A stretch of 64,000 nucleotides of DNA from contig BAAIJX010000006.1 in NCBI GenBank assembly GCA_054600435.1, positions 372,001-436,000 on the forward strand. The letters run 5' to 3'. The position numbers and the translations under genes are program-made. Position 1 is the first letter of the stretch, and each line of letters starts with the position of its first letter. Origin of the DNA: Neophaeotheca triangularis (taxonomy: Eukaryota). Below are positions 13,091 through 26,829 of this stretch, piece after piece. Below the pieces are notes generated by a model. That model saw only the letters and a program-made list of their open reading frames with translations, ran no database searches and was not told the DNA's origin.

Positions 13091-14342
13091 GGTGAGGTGA
13101 TGTTGAGTGGCCTCCCTGGGTTTTGGAGGCGGGTATATGGGAGAAGGATTATTCGTTCTTTGTGAGATTGAGCGAGGGCGGTGTTTGTGAGTATCGTCTC
13201 TAGAGTGGCGTTAATGGGTTTGGGTTGGTGTCGTCAAGGTTCGTCGAGCACGTTGCTAGTCCATGTCAAGTCTATTCGATGTCTGTGGTTCTTGCACGGG
13301 AATGCTCGAGTCAATAAGCGGTGCTCAATTGTACAAGGTTTCAAAGACCGCTATTGTTATGAGCGTTCTCTTGAGCTGTTGAGTATGTAGGTAGGCGAGG
13401 TAGATGGAGGAGGTATGTAGGTAATCAGCGGCGACTTCACCGGCGTCACTACGGTGCAGGTGACGCTATGGAGGAGGATCGGACGTCAATGCCCGGTCGA
13501 CCAATATAGCTCCTGGGACGAGACTCGAATCGACAAAGTCGGCAAGCCAAGGTCGGTCGAAGTCGAAGATGATGAGACTACGGTAGGAACAAGCCTTCGT
13601 TGTCCCAAGGGAGTGGATGAAGAAACAATGGATGGGGATCACGACTGGCATCAAAAAGTCGATATTCGCAGGGCGGGGCAATGTGAAGAGAATACCGTAC
13701 CTCGCCTTGCCTTCGACGTCAACAATAACTATAATTCTCGCTCTTTGCTTCCGATCCCTTTTCGGCGAGCTTTACAGCCAAATTGAACTTTCTGTACCAA
13801 ACGAGCGAGGCCACGATCACGCACGCTGACGTACCGGCTTCACTCCCTTCACTTTCATCTCCCGATTCGGCGGCATTTGCTCGCCGAAGTCCTACCTAGC
13901 TACTACAAGTACTCACCTTGCCCGGTAGTAATACGAAGCAAAAAGAAGCAAAAGGTTGGGAAGTTTGAAATGGACACAATCATGTCTCTATTCGAGCCTC
14001 GGTCTGTTCACGTAGTCCGCCAACGGCCGTCTGCAGAGACCTTGGGGTGTTCGTTTGATCGTTTGAGAGCTGCATCCGATCTTCACAGGGGCACATGCAA
14101 GCAAGCCGGCAATATACATTTCGCTAAGAGATACAAAACCGTCACGTCTTCTAATTGCCTCGCAAGACGGTCCCTCCTACTGCCTCCATCGTGCCGTAGA
14201 GCTCTGGAATGCCCGTTTGCAGCTTCATTGTAGTTGCTTCTGCAACGGCCACTCTCCATGAATGGTAAAATAAAACTCCCGCAGCGCTCGAATGCGCCAG
14301 AGAACTCCTGCAAATGCATCCCATGTCGAGCTTTCCGTCGTT

Positions 14343-15265
14343 CTAGCCTTGTGCTTGCGTGTTCAAGATTAGAGCCACAATCAGCCTGTGGAAAAGTCAG
14401 TAGTTTGATGGTTAGACTGGGTTACTGAGAAAACCCACCCGTAAAGTCCCAAGACTTCCCCAAAAATCAATATCAGCACCATGCCGACGAAGATTCTGCT
14501 CTGTTGCATGTACGCTCGTACGCCCTGATCGCCGTGTGTCAGCAAGCCATTTGAACGTATCTCGTCTCGTCCCACACCCAGTCGTGCAGGCAACATCTCT
14601 CAATCTATCTGGCTCGACCAGGTCCATCTTTTGCTTAGACTGCTCCTCTCTCCCCAATCTATGACCACACGTAGCAATACCGGAGAGTGTAGACCTACCG
14701 CATCACCCACGATTCCAATCGCATATCCCGCCGCCAACCCCGTCAAACCAACACTAAGCCCACAAGCCAAGTGCATGAACCCATTGAAAAGACTGTACTG
14801 CGTGCCCGGCGGCGGAGACATGTTGCCAGCAATGAGAACGGCAACGACGAGAGCGTAAACGGCGATGATACCGGACATGACGACTGGGATGAGGGACTGC
14901 GGGAGTCGCCCATCGTTAGCAGGTTGTTCAAGTCCATATCCGGTGGCCAGAGGCCGTGGACCACGCACTTTCATGATCAGGTCTGGCCTAAAGGTACCGA
15001 CACCTGCGATGCCTATGCCCGATTTTGCTGTGCCATAGGCGGCTCCCATGCCTGTTGTGTGTTTGTCCTTAGCGTTTGTCCTGTGTTGCAGTGTCCTTGC
15101 TCTTTCGAAGAGAGGTGTCCTTACATCCGAATATCATAGCAGATCCTATACCAGCCTGCGCATAGTGTCAGCTGTTGCCGTGATGGTGGCATGAGGCGCT
15201 AGTTGGTGTTGGCCTACCATGCCCAAGAAGGGCGCGAACTTCGGCGTAAGCTCAGAGTCGGCCAT
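14343..15265 (-). CDS. VMA11: V-ATPase V0 proteolipid subunit c'
   Basis: [94 protein letters not shown]; about five introns. Confidence 0.92.
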
Positions 15266-16295
15266 TTTGAAGGAGTGTAGTCTCGGAGTGGAGTCAGAGG
15301 GGGCTAGGAGTGGTGTCTGAAGGGAGTTTGGCTGTCGCGAGGTTGTATATAGTTGTCTGAGCGTGTAGGTAAGGTACCTTACTATGCAGCTCCAAAGACG
15401 GAGGTCGAGCTCGTCACTCCCGAGTGTCATTCGCTGGCTGGAAGCTGGGTCACGTGTTTCGATGCTGGATAGTGTACGTACATAACTGCGCCAAGGAAGA
15501 AGAGCACGAAGAGGTACATAGATGATCAGCAGGAGGGAACTCCAACGATATGCAACCTCCGTCCCGTCCCTTCAGTCAACCTGCACCAACCTAGCCTGGT
15601 CTTGTTTTCGTGACCTGACTGACTACTGTCGTTTACCGCATACTTCTTCTCATCGCTATCGCCCGTGGACAATGGAAGCGACAGCAGCATAGTACTCGCC
15701 GGTAACAACAAGACCGACACTACTACCTCTAGTACTGCTGGCAGCGGCACGTCCGGCATCGCTCTACCGAACAGTGACTTCGAGCCTACCCGCCAAGACC
15801 CCCCCCGGCCGTTTTTAGTGAGCCGACACGGAGCGGGACCAGCGAGACTACCTACACTCTACTACTACTGCTGGCCACTACTACCTCCTACTCTTACTAC
15901 GCACTGTATCATCAATACCAAACCCACAGCCAGAGGACAACGCATTCCCTACCTATTCTTGATCTTCCTTCCTCCTCTTCCTCTTTTTCCATCTCACTCC
16001 AAGCCGGCAACATCGACATTGCCGGTCCCGTGCACACTATCTCTGTAGTCCCGCAACCACTCTAGCGCGAAACGAGCCGCCAGCCTCCACGTGCATCAAC
16101 ACCCACCCGCCGAGGAACCGGAAGGAGCAGCCTCTTGCCAGGCGCTCGCAGCAATCGGTTTGCGCCAGTCCATTCCGCACAGAGGGCGGCGACCCTTACC
16201 TCGACCACTGCGCCCAATGTGTGCTTGACCTCGGCTGTCATTGGGAAGCATAGAGTCTGAAGAGCGAGAGAGCGAGAGCAAGAGCAAGAGCAATC

Positions 16296-19200
16296 ATGGC
16301 TCAGTATCACTCCCAACAGGGTCGTGACTACGGTCGGCCGACCGCGCCGAACAATTATGGCCCGTCTTCATCCATGCAGCGCGATGCTGCTTTCTCTAAC
16401 ATCTTTGGTGAAGCCCCGCCACCAGGACGAAGCCAGACCATGACGGGCGCACCGCCTCAAATACCGCAGGATAGGGCGGCGACGATGAGCACGGCGACAG
16501 CGCAGCAGTACATGCAGAGAGCGCCGCCAATCAGACCAGGACAACAGCAACCTCAGCCTAATGGATACCCTCAGCCTAGGCCAGCTGATGGGCCGGGCGG
16601 ACGAGACCCTCAAGTCTTGCCGGATGGAGGACGCCCACCACCACAGAGGAGACAAGTATCTCAACCGCAGTTTATGCCCCAGCCCGTCAGATCCGATCGC
16701 ACGCCTTATGGCCAGCCTCAGCGAATGGATCCGCGTGGAGCCCCTCAACCGGGTCAGTACCAGCGGGCATATACTGCAAGAGGAGCACCTCCCGGCCCCC
16801 CAGGACCTGCTTTGAACGGTGACGGCTATAGGACGCAGTCACTCGCCTCCAACCCAAGGCCCATGTACCAGCCGCCGGGCGGTAACAATTACAGCATTTC
16901 GCCAGCCCATGCTTTTAGACAACAACCTTATATGAACCATTTGGCGAGGACAACTGCGCAAGGTAGAGTCGTGCCGGATCGACCGCAGGACGAGCGAACA
17001 ATGTCAATGTCGTCGTACACCAGGGATAGCGAATACGCGCAGACAATGAGTGGCAGAGTCATACCTAACAGACGGCGAGAGTCGGGAGGCGAGGCCAACG
17101 CAACCGAAGGGACTATGAGTATGACCAACGGGTATAACCGCATGCCGGAGGGTCAGATGGTGAATGGTCGGAATCCAAGCAATGGAAGTGCGAACTCTCG
17201 CACGATGTCAATGGCTTCCACCGCAATGGGTACAGACCATCAGGCTCCAAGGCCTTCAAACTCACAACACAGCACCCGCTCTAACAGCAACATGACGCAA
17301 GCCAGCACCATGGTCGCACAGAAGAAACCTTCCTTGGTATACGGTGCCCTACTCGCCCACGTCGCGAACGCATTCCGCGAGAGGGTCTCGCTGGGTGAGA
17401 AAGAGAAAGATGGTCTCGTGTACAAGAATGCTTTCACCGGCTATGAGGCAGTTGACCTCATTGCTTACATTATTCGAACCTCGGACCGTAATCTGGCCTT
17501 GCTATTGGGTAGATCACTGGACGCACAGAAGTTCTTTCACGAGGTAGCCTACGCCCATCGACTCAGGGACTCGCCCAGTGAGATATATCAATTCAAGGAA
17601 ACGCTCAACGAGGAGCCGCCGGAGGTCAACGGCGTCTTCACGCTGTTGACGGAGTGTTATTCTCCGACTTGCAGCAGGGACAACCTGTGCTATTCGATCG
17701 CATGCCCACGGAGATTGGAACAGCAGCAGAGGCTCAATTTGAAGGTTACTCCTGGACTGAAGCGCGAGACATCGCGGTCAAGTTTGCATGATGATGAGCA
17801 GAGCGAGCAGAAATTATGGATCAACACCGTTTCAAAGGAAGTTTCCGACTCTGTCAGCGACAAAGAAAAGAAGCGGCAAGAGGTCATCTCAGAGCTCATG
17901 TACACTGAGCGCGATTTCGTCAAAGATCTTGAGTATCTGCGTGATTTCTGGATCAAACCGCTACGTATGCCGGAAGTATCACCGATTCCGGAGCACAGGC
18001 GAGAAAAGTTCATCCGGACTGTGTTTTCCAACTGCCAGGAAATCCATAACGTCAACGCGCGCATGGCTAGTGCTTTGACGAGAAGGCAGCAGCAGGGTCC
18101 CGTGGTGCGCAACGTCGGCGACATCTTCGTGGAGTACGTTCAGCAATTTGCGCCCTTTATCAAGTACGGCTCGAACCAGCTTTTCGGCAAGTTCGAATTC
18201 GAAAAAGAGAAGAGCTCGAACGGAGGTTTCCAAAAGTTCGTTGACGAGACGGAGCGACTGAAGGAGTCACGTAAGCTTGAGCTGAACGGCTACCTTACCA
18301 AACCGACCACGAGACTGGCGAGGTACCCTTTGCTACTGGAAAACATCTTGAAAACCACCGACGACAACAACCCTGATAAGCACGACATTCCCCGTGCCAT
18401 TACCATGATCAGGGGGATTTTGGCTAGGGTCAATGAGGAGTCCGGCAAGGCTGAGAATCATTACAACCTTATGCACCTGAACTCGCAGCTCAAGTGGGGC
18501 ACCGTGCCGTTCATGGATCTCAAGTTGACGGAAGAGTCGAGACAACTCATCTTCAAGAGCAATTTAAAGAAGGCGCCCACTGCCGAGACTGCGGATGTCT
18601 GCGCTTACCTTTTTGATCACGCCGTTTTGCTCGTCCGTTCTAAGACTGTCAACAAGAAGGAGGAGATGCGTGTGTATCGCAAACCAATTCCTCTTGAGCT
18701 GCTGCAGATCAAGGAGATGGATGCTGTGCTTCCTAGAATGGGCATCACCAAGCGCCCGTCCTCCAGTATGGTCCCTGGACTTGGCAGAAATACGAATGCG
18801 AGTGCGAGACCCGGCGAACAGGGCTTCCCCATCACTTTCAAAGGGTTGGGCAAAGGTGGCTACGAGCTCACTCTGTACTGCACGAGCCAAATGATGCGTG
18901 AAAAATGGATGGAGCACATCCAGACCCAAAAGGAAAAGCTTTCCGAACGCCACAAAATATTCACCATGACAAAGCTCAACGAGGGTTACTTCACCTCACA
19001 AATCCGCATCAATTGCTGCCGGCCCATCGACGGCGGACGCAAACTGGTTATCGGCACGGATTTCGGCGTTTATGTGTCGGAGCGCAAACCGCGCGACGCC
19101 TCCCAAAAGCCCAAGCGCATGCTCGACGTTAAGATGGTCACGCAGCTCGAGGTGCTCGAACAACACCAGATCCTGATCGTGCTCGCCGATAAAGTAGTCT

Positions 19201-20074
19201 ACAGCTACCCACTCGACAGCCTAGATGCCGACGAATCTCCAGCAGCGCCCTCCAAACGCGGCCGCCGCATCTGCCACGCCAACTACATCAATGCCGGAAC
19301 CTGTAATGCGCAAACCCTCGTCTGCTGCGTCAAGTCCAGCTCTCTCAGCTCGACAGTCAAAGTTTACGAACCCATGGACAGCATGACTAAAGGCAAGAAG
19401 AAATCCGGCCTAGCGAAGATGCTCGCCAGCGGCCAAGAGGTCCTCAAGCCTTATAAGGAATTTTACATCCCCATGGAATCGAACAGCATCCACTTCCTGC
19501 GCTCCAAACTGTGCGTCGGTGGCGCCAAGGGGTTCGAAATCGTGTCCCTTGAAACGCTCGAAACCCAATCCCTCCTCGACCAAGCCGATACCTCTCTCGA
19601 CTTCGTTGCGCGCCGCGAGGGCTCCATGCGGCCCATCTACATTGAGCGCAACACGTCCGAGTTTCTGCTGTGCTACACGGATTTCAGCTTCTACGTTAAC
19701 AAGAACGGGTGGCGCGCGCGGGGCGATTGGAAGATTCTGTGGGAAGGCGCGCCCAACGCTTTCGCCACTTGGGGCGAAAAGTACATTCTCGCTTTCGAGC
19801 CGGAGTTTATCGAGATCAGGGGTAGTGAAAGCGGCGGCTTGGTGTGCATACAGACGCACAAGAACATTCGCTTTTTGCACTCTAGTAGTCGTGAGGTGAG
19901 TTTGGAGATCTACACTTGGGAGGGGGACATCGGTTCGGATGATGAATCGCGTATTGGGACGGTTTTGCTAACCTTTGCCTCTTCTTTCCCATCTAGATAC
20001 TGTTCGCCTACGAGGACGAACTGGGCGAAGACGTCATTGCGAGTCTTGACTTCTGGGGTCCGCAGGCTAGATGA
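16296..20074 (+). CDS. ROM2: Rho1 guanine nucleotide exchange factor (DEP-RhoGEF-PH-CNH)
   Basis: DEP (NAFTGYEAVDLI), DH (KKRQEVISELMYTERDFVKDL..KPTTRLARYPLLL), PH and CNH domains. Intron 19896-19996 restores the end ILFAYEDELGEDVIASLDFWGPQAR*. The 1389-aa ORF call reads through this intron. Confidence 0.95.
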
Positions 20075-21579
20075 GGAGTCTGGCCTGACGGTAGCGACGA
20101 TGGCAACCACGACGCCCATTCTGGCAACTCTCCACGCCGCCATCACTGCCACTCTCGTCCTCCTTACCCCGGCGACGCTCATGATGATAGCAGCGACAGC
20201 AGCAGCGGCAGCGACGAGGAGTTCCCCTTCTCTCGTCCCCCGCTCCCACGCAGTTTCCGCCGTCTTACGTCCGCGCGGTGGTCGGAGGCCATGGAGCAGC
20301 GCCTCGATGCTGTGCAGTCTCGAGTCTTCCCCTCGGACGACGACCCGCGCAACTAGTCCCTGCTTTCCGCTGTCGCGGCTCGCTCGAGAGACCGCCACCG
20401 CGCGACATTGTGAACGTGGCGGTCGCGCTTGGCTGGTGGCGTGCAAGTCTCAAGCTCTCACATAGGTGGACGTGCAGAGCGGGCAGAAGGGGAAGATGAC
20501 GTTCTGGGGGAATCGATGCCGAGAGTCGACGAATTGGTGGGTGGGTTGGAGATAGGGAAAGAACCTGGTTATTGGGTAGCGCTGATACGATGGCGCTTTT
20601 CTGTGGTTGCTTTTTCTCGATGTGGTCTTGACCCTTATTGTGCCGCGTGGGTGTGTGTGTTGCGTATTACTTCCAGGGCTGTGGCGTGTGGACGCGTAAG
20701 CAGGGGGTTTTACACGCATGGCTCAGTACCTCATCCCTACATATATAAGGCAAGGTCGAGGCGAGTTACAGGCGCAATCCGCTGTGTTGACTACGTTCGA
20801 TCAAATCCAAGACAAGTGCAAGCTACTCTTACAGCCTGGGGGACGAGGTCCTTCTCGCTGCTAGGTGAGGGTTAGTTCAGCTTTGGCCTCCATCGTTTTT
20901 CTCAAGCATTTGATTGAGCAGATGTCTCTCTAAAAATCTCTGTATCTTTCATTTCTCATGTTCTCATGTTCTACTGAAAGGTTTGGCCTTCATTGACCTT
21001 TGGTAAGACCAGTATAGCACCCAGCGGCCGATCTTGTTTCGAACAATGCGCTACGAACAGACCTAGTCTCATGACAAGAGCACAAAAGGACATGAGGCAA
21101 ACATTAGCCCGGCAGCGCCTTCGATCGTGAACGACAGCTTTTGCTCCAGCTTATCCGCCTTAGATGGGTTCAGACCGCTGGATAGCTTCCCTTCCCATGT
21201 GAATACATTTGCGGTTGTGGGTCAGGGGTTGCATACTCATTGAGGCAGCTGCCTTGGAGTTATACCAGAGGCATGCGGCTGAGAAACTCTGACCAGTGAA
21301 GCTGTGCTTCTGTGCAGCACATAGGACAAACATGTAGCCTGGGCACATCCATGGGGAGAGCGGGTGATTGTTAGTGGATGGCATTGAGGCTGAGACCCCT
21401 GCCGTGTCGTAACTCGTGAGCGGAGACCTAGGCAAATGCTCGTGCTGTACAGGCCGATAACCGGTCGAACCTACTCCTCAGGTCATAGCTCGTCTACCAA
21501 TAGACTTAAACAAAGGATTATATCAAATGGCCCCTTCGTCTCTTTCATTACGAACAACGAACCAGCAAGCCAATTGTAA

Positions 21580-24500
21580 TCAAGCAGCTTTCTTAACCTG
21601 ACCCAAAGAAGTAACGCCAACACCGCCCAACCCATCAGTCACGCTTTCATCGAATTCGTCGATTCGATCCCCTGCATGCACCCCCTCAACCATTTCAACC
21701 AGCCTCCCCCACACAACCGGATCCTTCTCCAAAATCTGCCAACGCTCCAACTTCCACTCCGCCGCTCGGTCGGGTCCTCTCCACCTCTTCGGCACCAGCC
21801 AACGGAGCCGATCCCACCACCCCTGCATCACAATCGCGCGCTTCAAAGCCTTGTAAAAAACCTCCACAGCAAACAACATGCCAAAAACCACCGTGAGCGT
21901 GAGCCACCACGCGGGATCGGTGCCGAAAGTGTGATTAAACCCATCGCGGACCATGTAATAAGCCTGGCTAGGCGCATACACGGAAGCCATGAAACCGTTC
22001 CACGCCCACCAGCCACCTACTGTGATCAAGAAGGAGCCAAAGACTATGGCAGTCTTGTCGTGAGCATCCAACAGCAGGAGTTTGAAGTTCGTCCACACGA
22101 TGCCCAAGCTAAAGGACAAGTCACCGAGAGCGAAGATGTTGTTGTCGCCCGCGAGACTGTAGAGGCCGAAGAGACGCCAGGAGACGTACCAGACGCACAA
22201 GCCTTCGGCCGTGGCACCGGCGATCCAGGCGAGGTATTTGGGCAGGTTGAGGCCGAGGTTGCGCTGGCCGTAAATGTAGAGTTCGGGGACGGCGAGGAGG
22301 GTTGTGGTCGACAGATCGCGCTCGAAGATGCCCGGGACGATTGTGCAAAGGGAGGTGAAGAGGGTATTAAGCACTGTTAGGCTCCATTGTTCGTAGAGCG
22401 AGGTACCCGTGTATCCAACGTGTCTTTGATAACAGGCCTGCAACGTATGTTAGTCCACCTCCATGATGCGGCAAAATCAAGCCCCGTAAGTCGAGGCAAA
22501 TTCAACTATTGACTGACCTGCATCATGTAAAAGAAAAATTCCTTCCAGAAGGTTTTGAGGATGAAGCCGGCGGTGCGGGAATAATTCCATCGACCATGTA
22601 CGAGCAGGAGTCGCTGTAGGAAGCGGAACTGAGCGATGGAGTAGTCTGCTACGCGAGCGGCTTGCAAGCCCTCTCTACCCGAGATACCAATGCCGACATG
22701 GGATGCTTGGATCATTGCCAGGTCGTTGGCTCCGTCTCCAATAGCCAGGGTAAGCTCTTGGGACGTCCTGTCCCTAATGGCAGTGACTATGTCGGCCTTT
22801 TGGGCCGGACTGGCCCTGCAGCAGATCACGGAGTCGACGCTCGGAATTAACGAGTAGAAAGCATCTTCAAGCTCAGGGGTACCGCTTGCCAGTGCCAGTG
22901 TACGCCCATCAATTACAAGGACGCTGTGAACGCTTGCAGCTACCTTGACTGCAGCTTCCGAATACTGGTCCAGCAAACCACCCTTCACGCTATCCAATAC
23001 CACAATCTCCGACTCTGGTTTGCATATCTTGGCCGAATGCGCAATATTGATAGCAGTCTCCCTTTTATCACCAGTCAGCATCCAAATCCGTATATTGGCT
23101 CTACGAAGCTTCCCAATAGTCTCCGGCACGCCGGCTTGCAGCTTGTCTTCTATGGCGGTAGCGCCTAGGTAGCGTAGCCCACACTCGACCATGTCGCCGG
23201 CGGCTTCCGTCCGCGCTTGACGGTCGATGAGAGCCGTCGTGGCTTCGGTGTAGAGCTTTTTCCACGCCGAGTAGACGGCAGGCGAAAGCTCCTTTTGCGC
23301 GAAGAGCAGAGTGCGTAGACCCTCGGTAGCGAAGTCGTGAAGTTGCTGGAAGCTCTGCTTGAACATAACGGCTTCGTCACGTACTGCATCTTCATCAACC
23401 AAAGCGTTCAGTGCCATGCGTGCATAATGAGGTTGCAGCAGTCCTCCTTTGCTCGATCTTGGAACGTCGAAGGAGACCGGCCGGATTTCAACAGAAGGGC
23501 GCAAAAACTTCTCGTGGCCATCGACACGGGCAATCTCCATGGACTTCGTTGAACGCGCGTGATCGATGCTGATCCTGGGGGGAACATTGCTACTTCCTCC
23601 AAAAGAATTACGTGGTCTTTCCATCTGCGCGCTAACTCGCTCGGCATGCTCAGAGTCGACATTCCTCTGCACTTCGTTCGCTTTCTGCTCAGCGAGCGCT
23701 GCGTTCTCAAGCAGCGGCAATATCGTAGTGTCCGCGCCCTTGCAGATGAGCCACAGACGCCCATCCGGCCGCTTCACAATGATGGACATGCGCTTGCGCT
23801 TGCTGCTAAATTCGATGGTGTCCAGAATCTCATATGTCTCCTTGCTCTCGGCACCCTTGGGACCTCTTAAGAGCAGAGTAATGAATTGCGACGACCGGTG
23901 GCACACCACGTATCCCAGCTCCGAAGCTGCTCTGACAAGCGCCACTTCATCGGGGGAGGATCCCTGGAAGTCTACCGAGCCATCCGCGCGAGTCTCCGGC
24001 AGACATGCGTGGCATATTGCCACGCCAAGGAGGAAGTCGCGAGCCTGCTTGGCGAATTGCGATGAAGGCTGGGTCTGGATATAGTCCACCAACTGCGCAG
24101 TTGTGCGATCGGCGGGCGAACGCTGCGACTCACCGCTGTGTCTCGACACAGAGGCCATAGCTTTCGAGGAGACAGGGCGCTCGGTAACGACGATCCCATC
24201 TTTGCGGCTCGCTACGTCCACAGTCTGCTCGTCGAGCGTATGCGACCAAGCCATACCCCCAACAGTCATCTTACGAAACCGCATGACATTCTCCGTCAGC
24301 GTTCCAGTCTTGTCGCTGAAAACATAACGCACCTGTCCCAAGTTTTCCAAGATAGTGTTGGTGTTGCACCGCATAGGAGTATTGGAGGCTTCATCGAACA
24401 TCTCGATATCACCATTCAACATCAGCATTTGCCCGATCTTCACAATTTCTAACGAAACGTAGAGGGCCAGGGGAATCACATTGTTGAACATGATGGCGAA

Positions 24501-25811
24501 ACCGATGAAGAGCTTGCCAAAATCGACTTCTGCGCTGTAGCCCGGGCCATTGAGATACCACGACTTTTGCTCGGTCTTGACTTGCCACATGCGATACCCT
24601 ACTGAGAGGCCGGCGCTTAGCAAGACGACATATACGATGAGCGTGAGGACGACTTGATTGGCGTAGCGCTCGAGCATGGGTTTCTTGGCTGTCGGATGAT
24701 GGTTTGCGTTTTGCCGGATCTTGCATTCTTCGCCAGTATTGATGACGAGTCCGATAGCGAGATCCGTGTTGCGGAGGACACAGCCACGAAGGAGAACCTC
24801 GTTGAGAGACAAGGGTACTCTTTGCTCGCCTAATGTGGCCCTGCCGTTGTAGTCGTACAGATTGGCATTGGGGTCCTCAGAAACGAAGGTTACCGCGAGC
24901 GACTGGATACCAGCGATGGTACGACAAGAATGGAAGGCCGAGTGAGCTTGTCTGCTTTTCAAGTTGGTCTCTCCATCCAAAGCCATCGTTTCCACGTATG
25001 CAACACCGTCTTCGCCGCTGGCATAAAGCAGAACGACATCGGCAGGCACCGGGTCGTCTCTTTTCAGCCGTATAACATCACCAACACCTATCTCACGCCA
25101 TTGCACCCGCGTCCAGCGAGTATCCTCCGAGTCATCTCCTTCATCGATGCGTTCCTCACTCTCGGCAGCCTCAGCTTTCTTTAAAAACGCTGGAAACCTC
25201 ACGTGCCTCAGCACGGGAATCTTCTTCAGAGCTTCAACCGGCCTGGTATACTGTTTCGCCCTCACCACAGTAGCAAGACTCGTATTCTCGACCTCGTCCA
25301 AACGATGTCTTCGGAAATCGTCATACCCCTCCTTGGCAATGGTAAGCAGCACAAAGAACAGCAACGGCAAGATAGTGGTATACGACCCCGTAGTACTAAC
25401 ACCCGGCAGCGTTTGCGGGATACCAATGCACAGAAAGTAGAAGTTGGCCAGGCGCGTGAACTGGAAGTACAGCTGCTTCGGCAGAAAGTTCCAGACTGTA
25501 TAGCGGGAAGAACGCACGGCGTTGGAGATGTAACCGTGGCCTCGTCGTTCGTCGAGGAGTTTGTGTTCGTGGACGGCTTCGAGGGGGATGTGTCTACCGT
25601 CTTTGGAGGGAGGCAGAGGCTTCTCTCGCAGCAGGCCTTCTAGGGCGTATTTTCTCCAGGAATCGTGAATGTCTTTCCTGAGCTTCTTCTTTAGACGCGT
25701 CCAAGTCGAGATTTTGTTCTGCTTGCGGAGCGGCAGTACTGGCCGGGAATTAGACAGATCCGAGAGCTCGACTAGGCCATGTCCCGAGGCTTCAACAATG
25801 GGTTTGCCCAT
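21580..25811 (-). CDS. P4-type phospholipid-translocating ATPase (Dnf3-like flippase)
   Basis: ALDGETNLK, FSDKTGTLT (phosphorylated Asp), SPDEVALV, WMLTGDKRETA, AIGDGAND; intron 22438-22517 joins the C-terminal TM exon. Confidence 0.93.
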
Positions 25812-26829
25812 GGCGGATATCTAGGCCGTGGGTGTGGTGAAATGAACGTGTAGACCGCAGGTGACCTGGTAACGAAAAGGCTCGACGCAACCTCTCTTGA
25901 TTAGTCGTCCATCTTTAGCTACCGGCGGCAGCCAGATCGATCTCTAGAGCCGCGCAATCGAGCTCTCTAAGCCACAAACGAGGATCGCACTGGCAATGTT
26001 CGTAGTCACCCAGGCAGAAGTGCTTCAAACAGCAGGAGGAGAATGCAGCAAGATTACAGGAGCGCAGTCACGATTACTAGTACCTACAGTAGGTATTGCC
26101 CTCCCTTCACCTAGGTTAATAACTGTACCTACGGTGTTCCCAGGGGGCATGAGGACTAAGGTACCTCTAAAACTTAGGTAGGTAGGTACCTAGGTAGGTT
26201 CTCGGGGCCGGGGTGGTTGATCGAGCGTCGTCAACCCCACTCGATCGCAGAGGTTCGAATGCGGGGGCGGGTAAGGGGGATCCATTACCTCCGGTATTGG
26301 TTGCGACCAGGAACGTATTACAATAATATACATACCTTATAGTACCTAGCTACATATGTACCTAGCTACCTAATAGTTCCCTACCTCTAAGGTACCTATA
26401 ATCTCTGCACATCTATGCACGTGTTAAGGTCATTTGTTTGAGCTCTGCGGAGAGAATCGTCAAGTAGCAGTCGGTACTTAAACAGGCGTAGTTAGTAGCT
26501 TCCTCCTTCACGAGACATAAGAAGATTCAGGCAGCACGGCGCTTGGAATAAGTAAGCTATCTCAACTAAGTTATCAACACATCAAAGGTCGACCGGGAAC
26601 AATGCAAGCAATGCAAGCAATGCGACAAAGCCCCTTATTCAAGCTTTCTCAAGCTCCCCGTGCTGCATGCGCAATTTGCTGCGCGTCTCGTGTTATCTCC
26701 CATTCCGACAAAGCAAAAACGCCTTGCCATCTTACAGGCCCATGTCGGAGACCGCATGCTCAAGTAACTAGAATGCCGCTTCGCTTCGCTCTTGTTCGCT
26801 TCAAGTAATGATCGATGTCGTAGGCGAGC

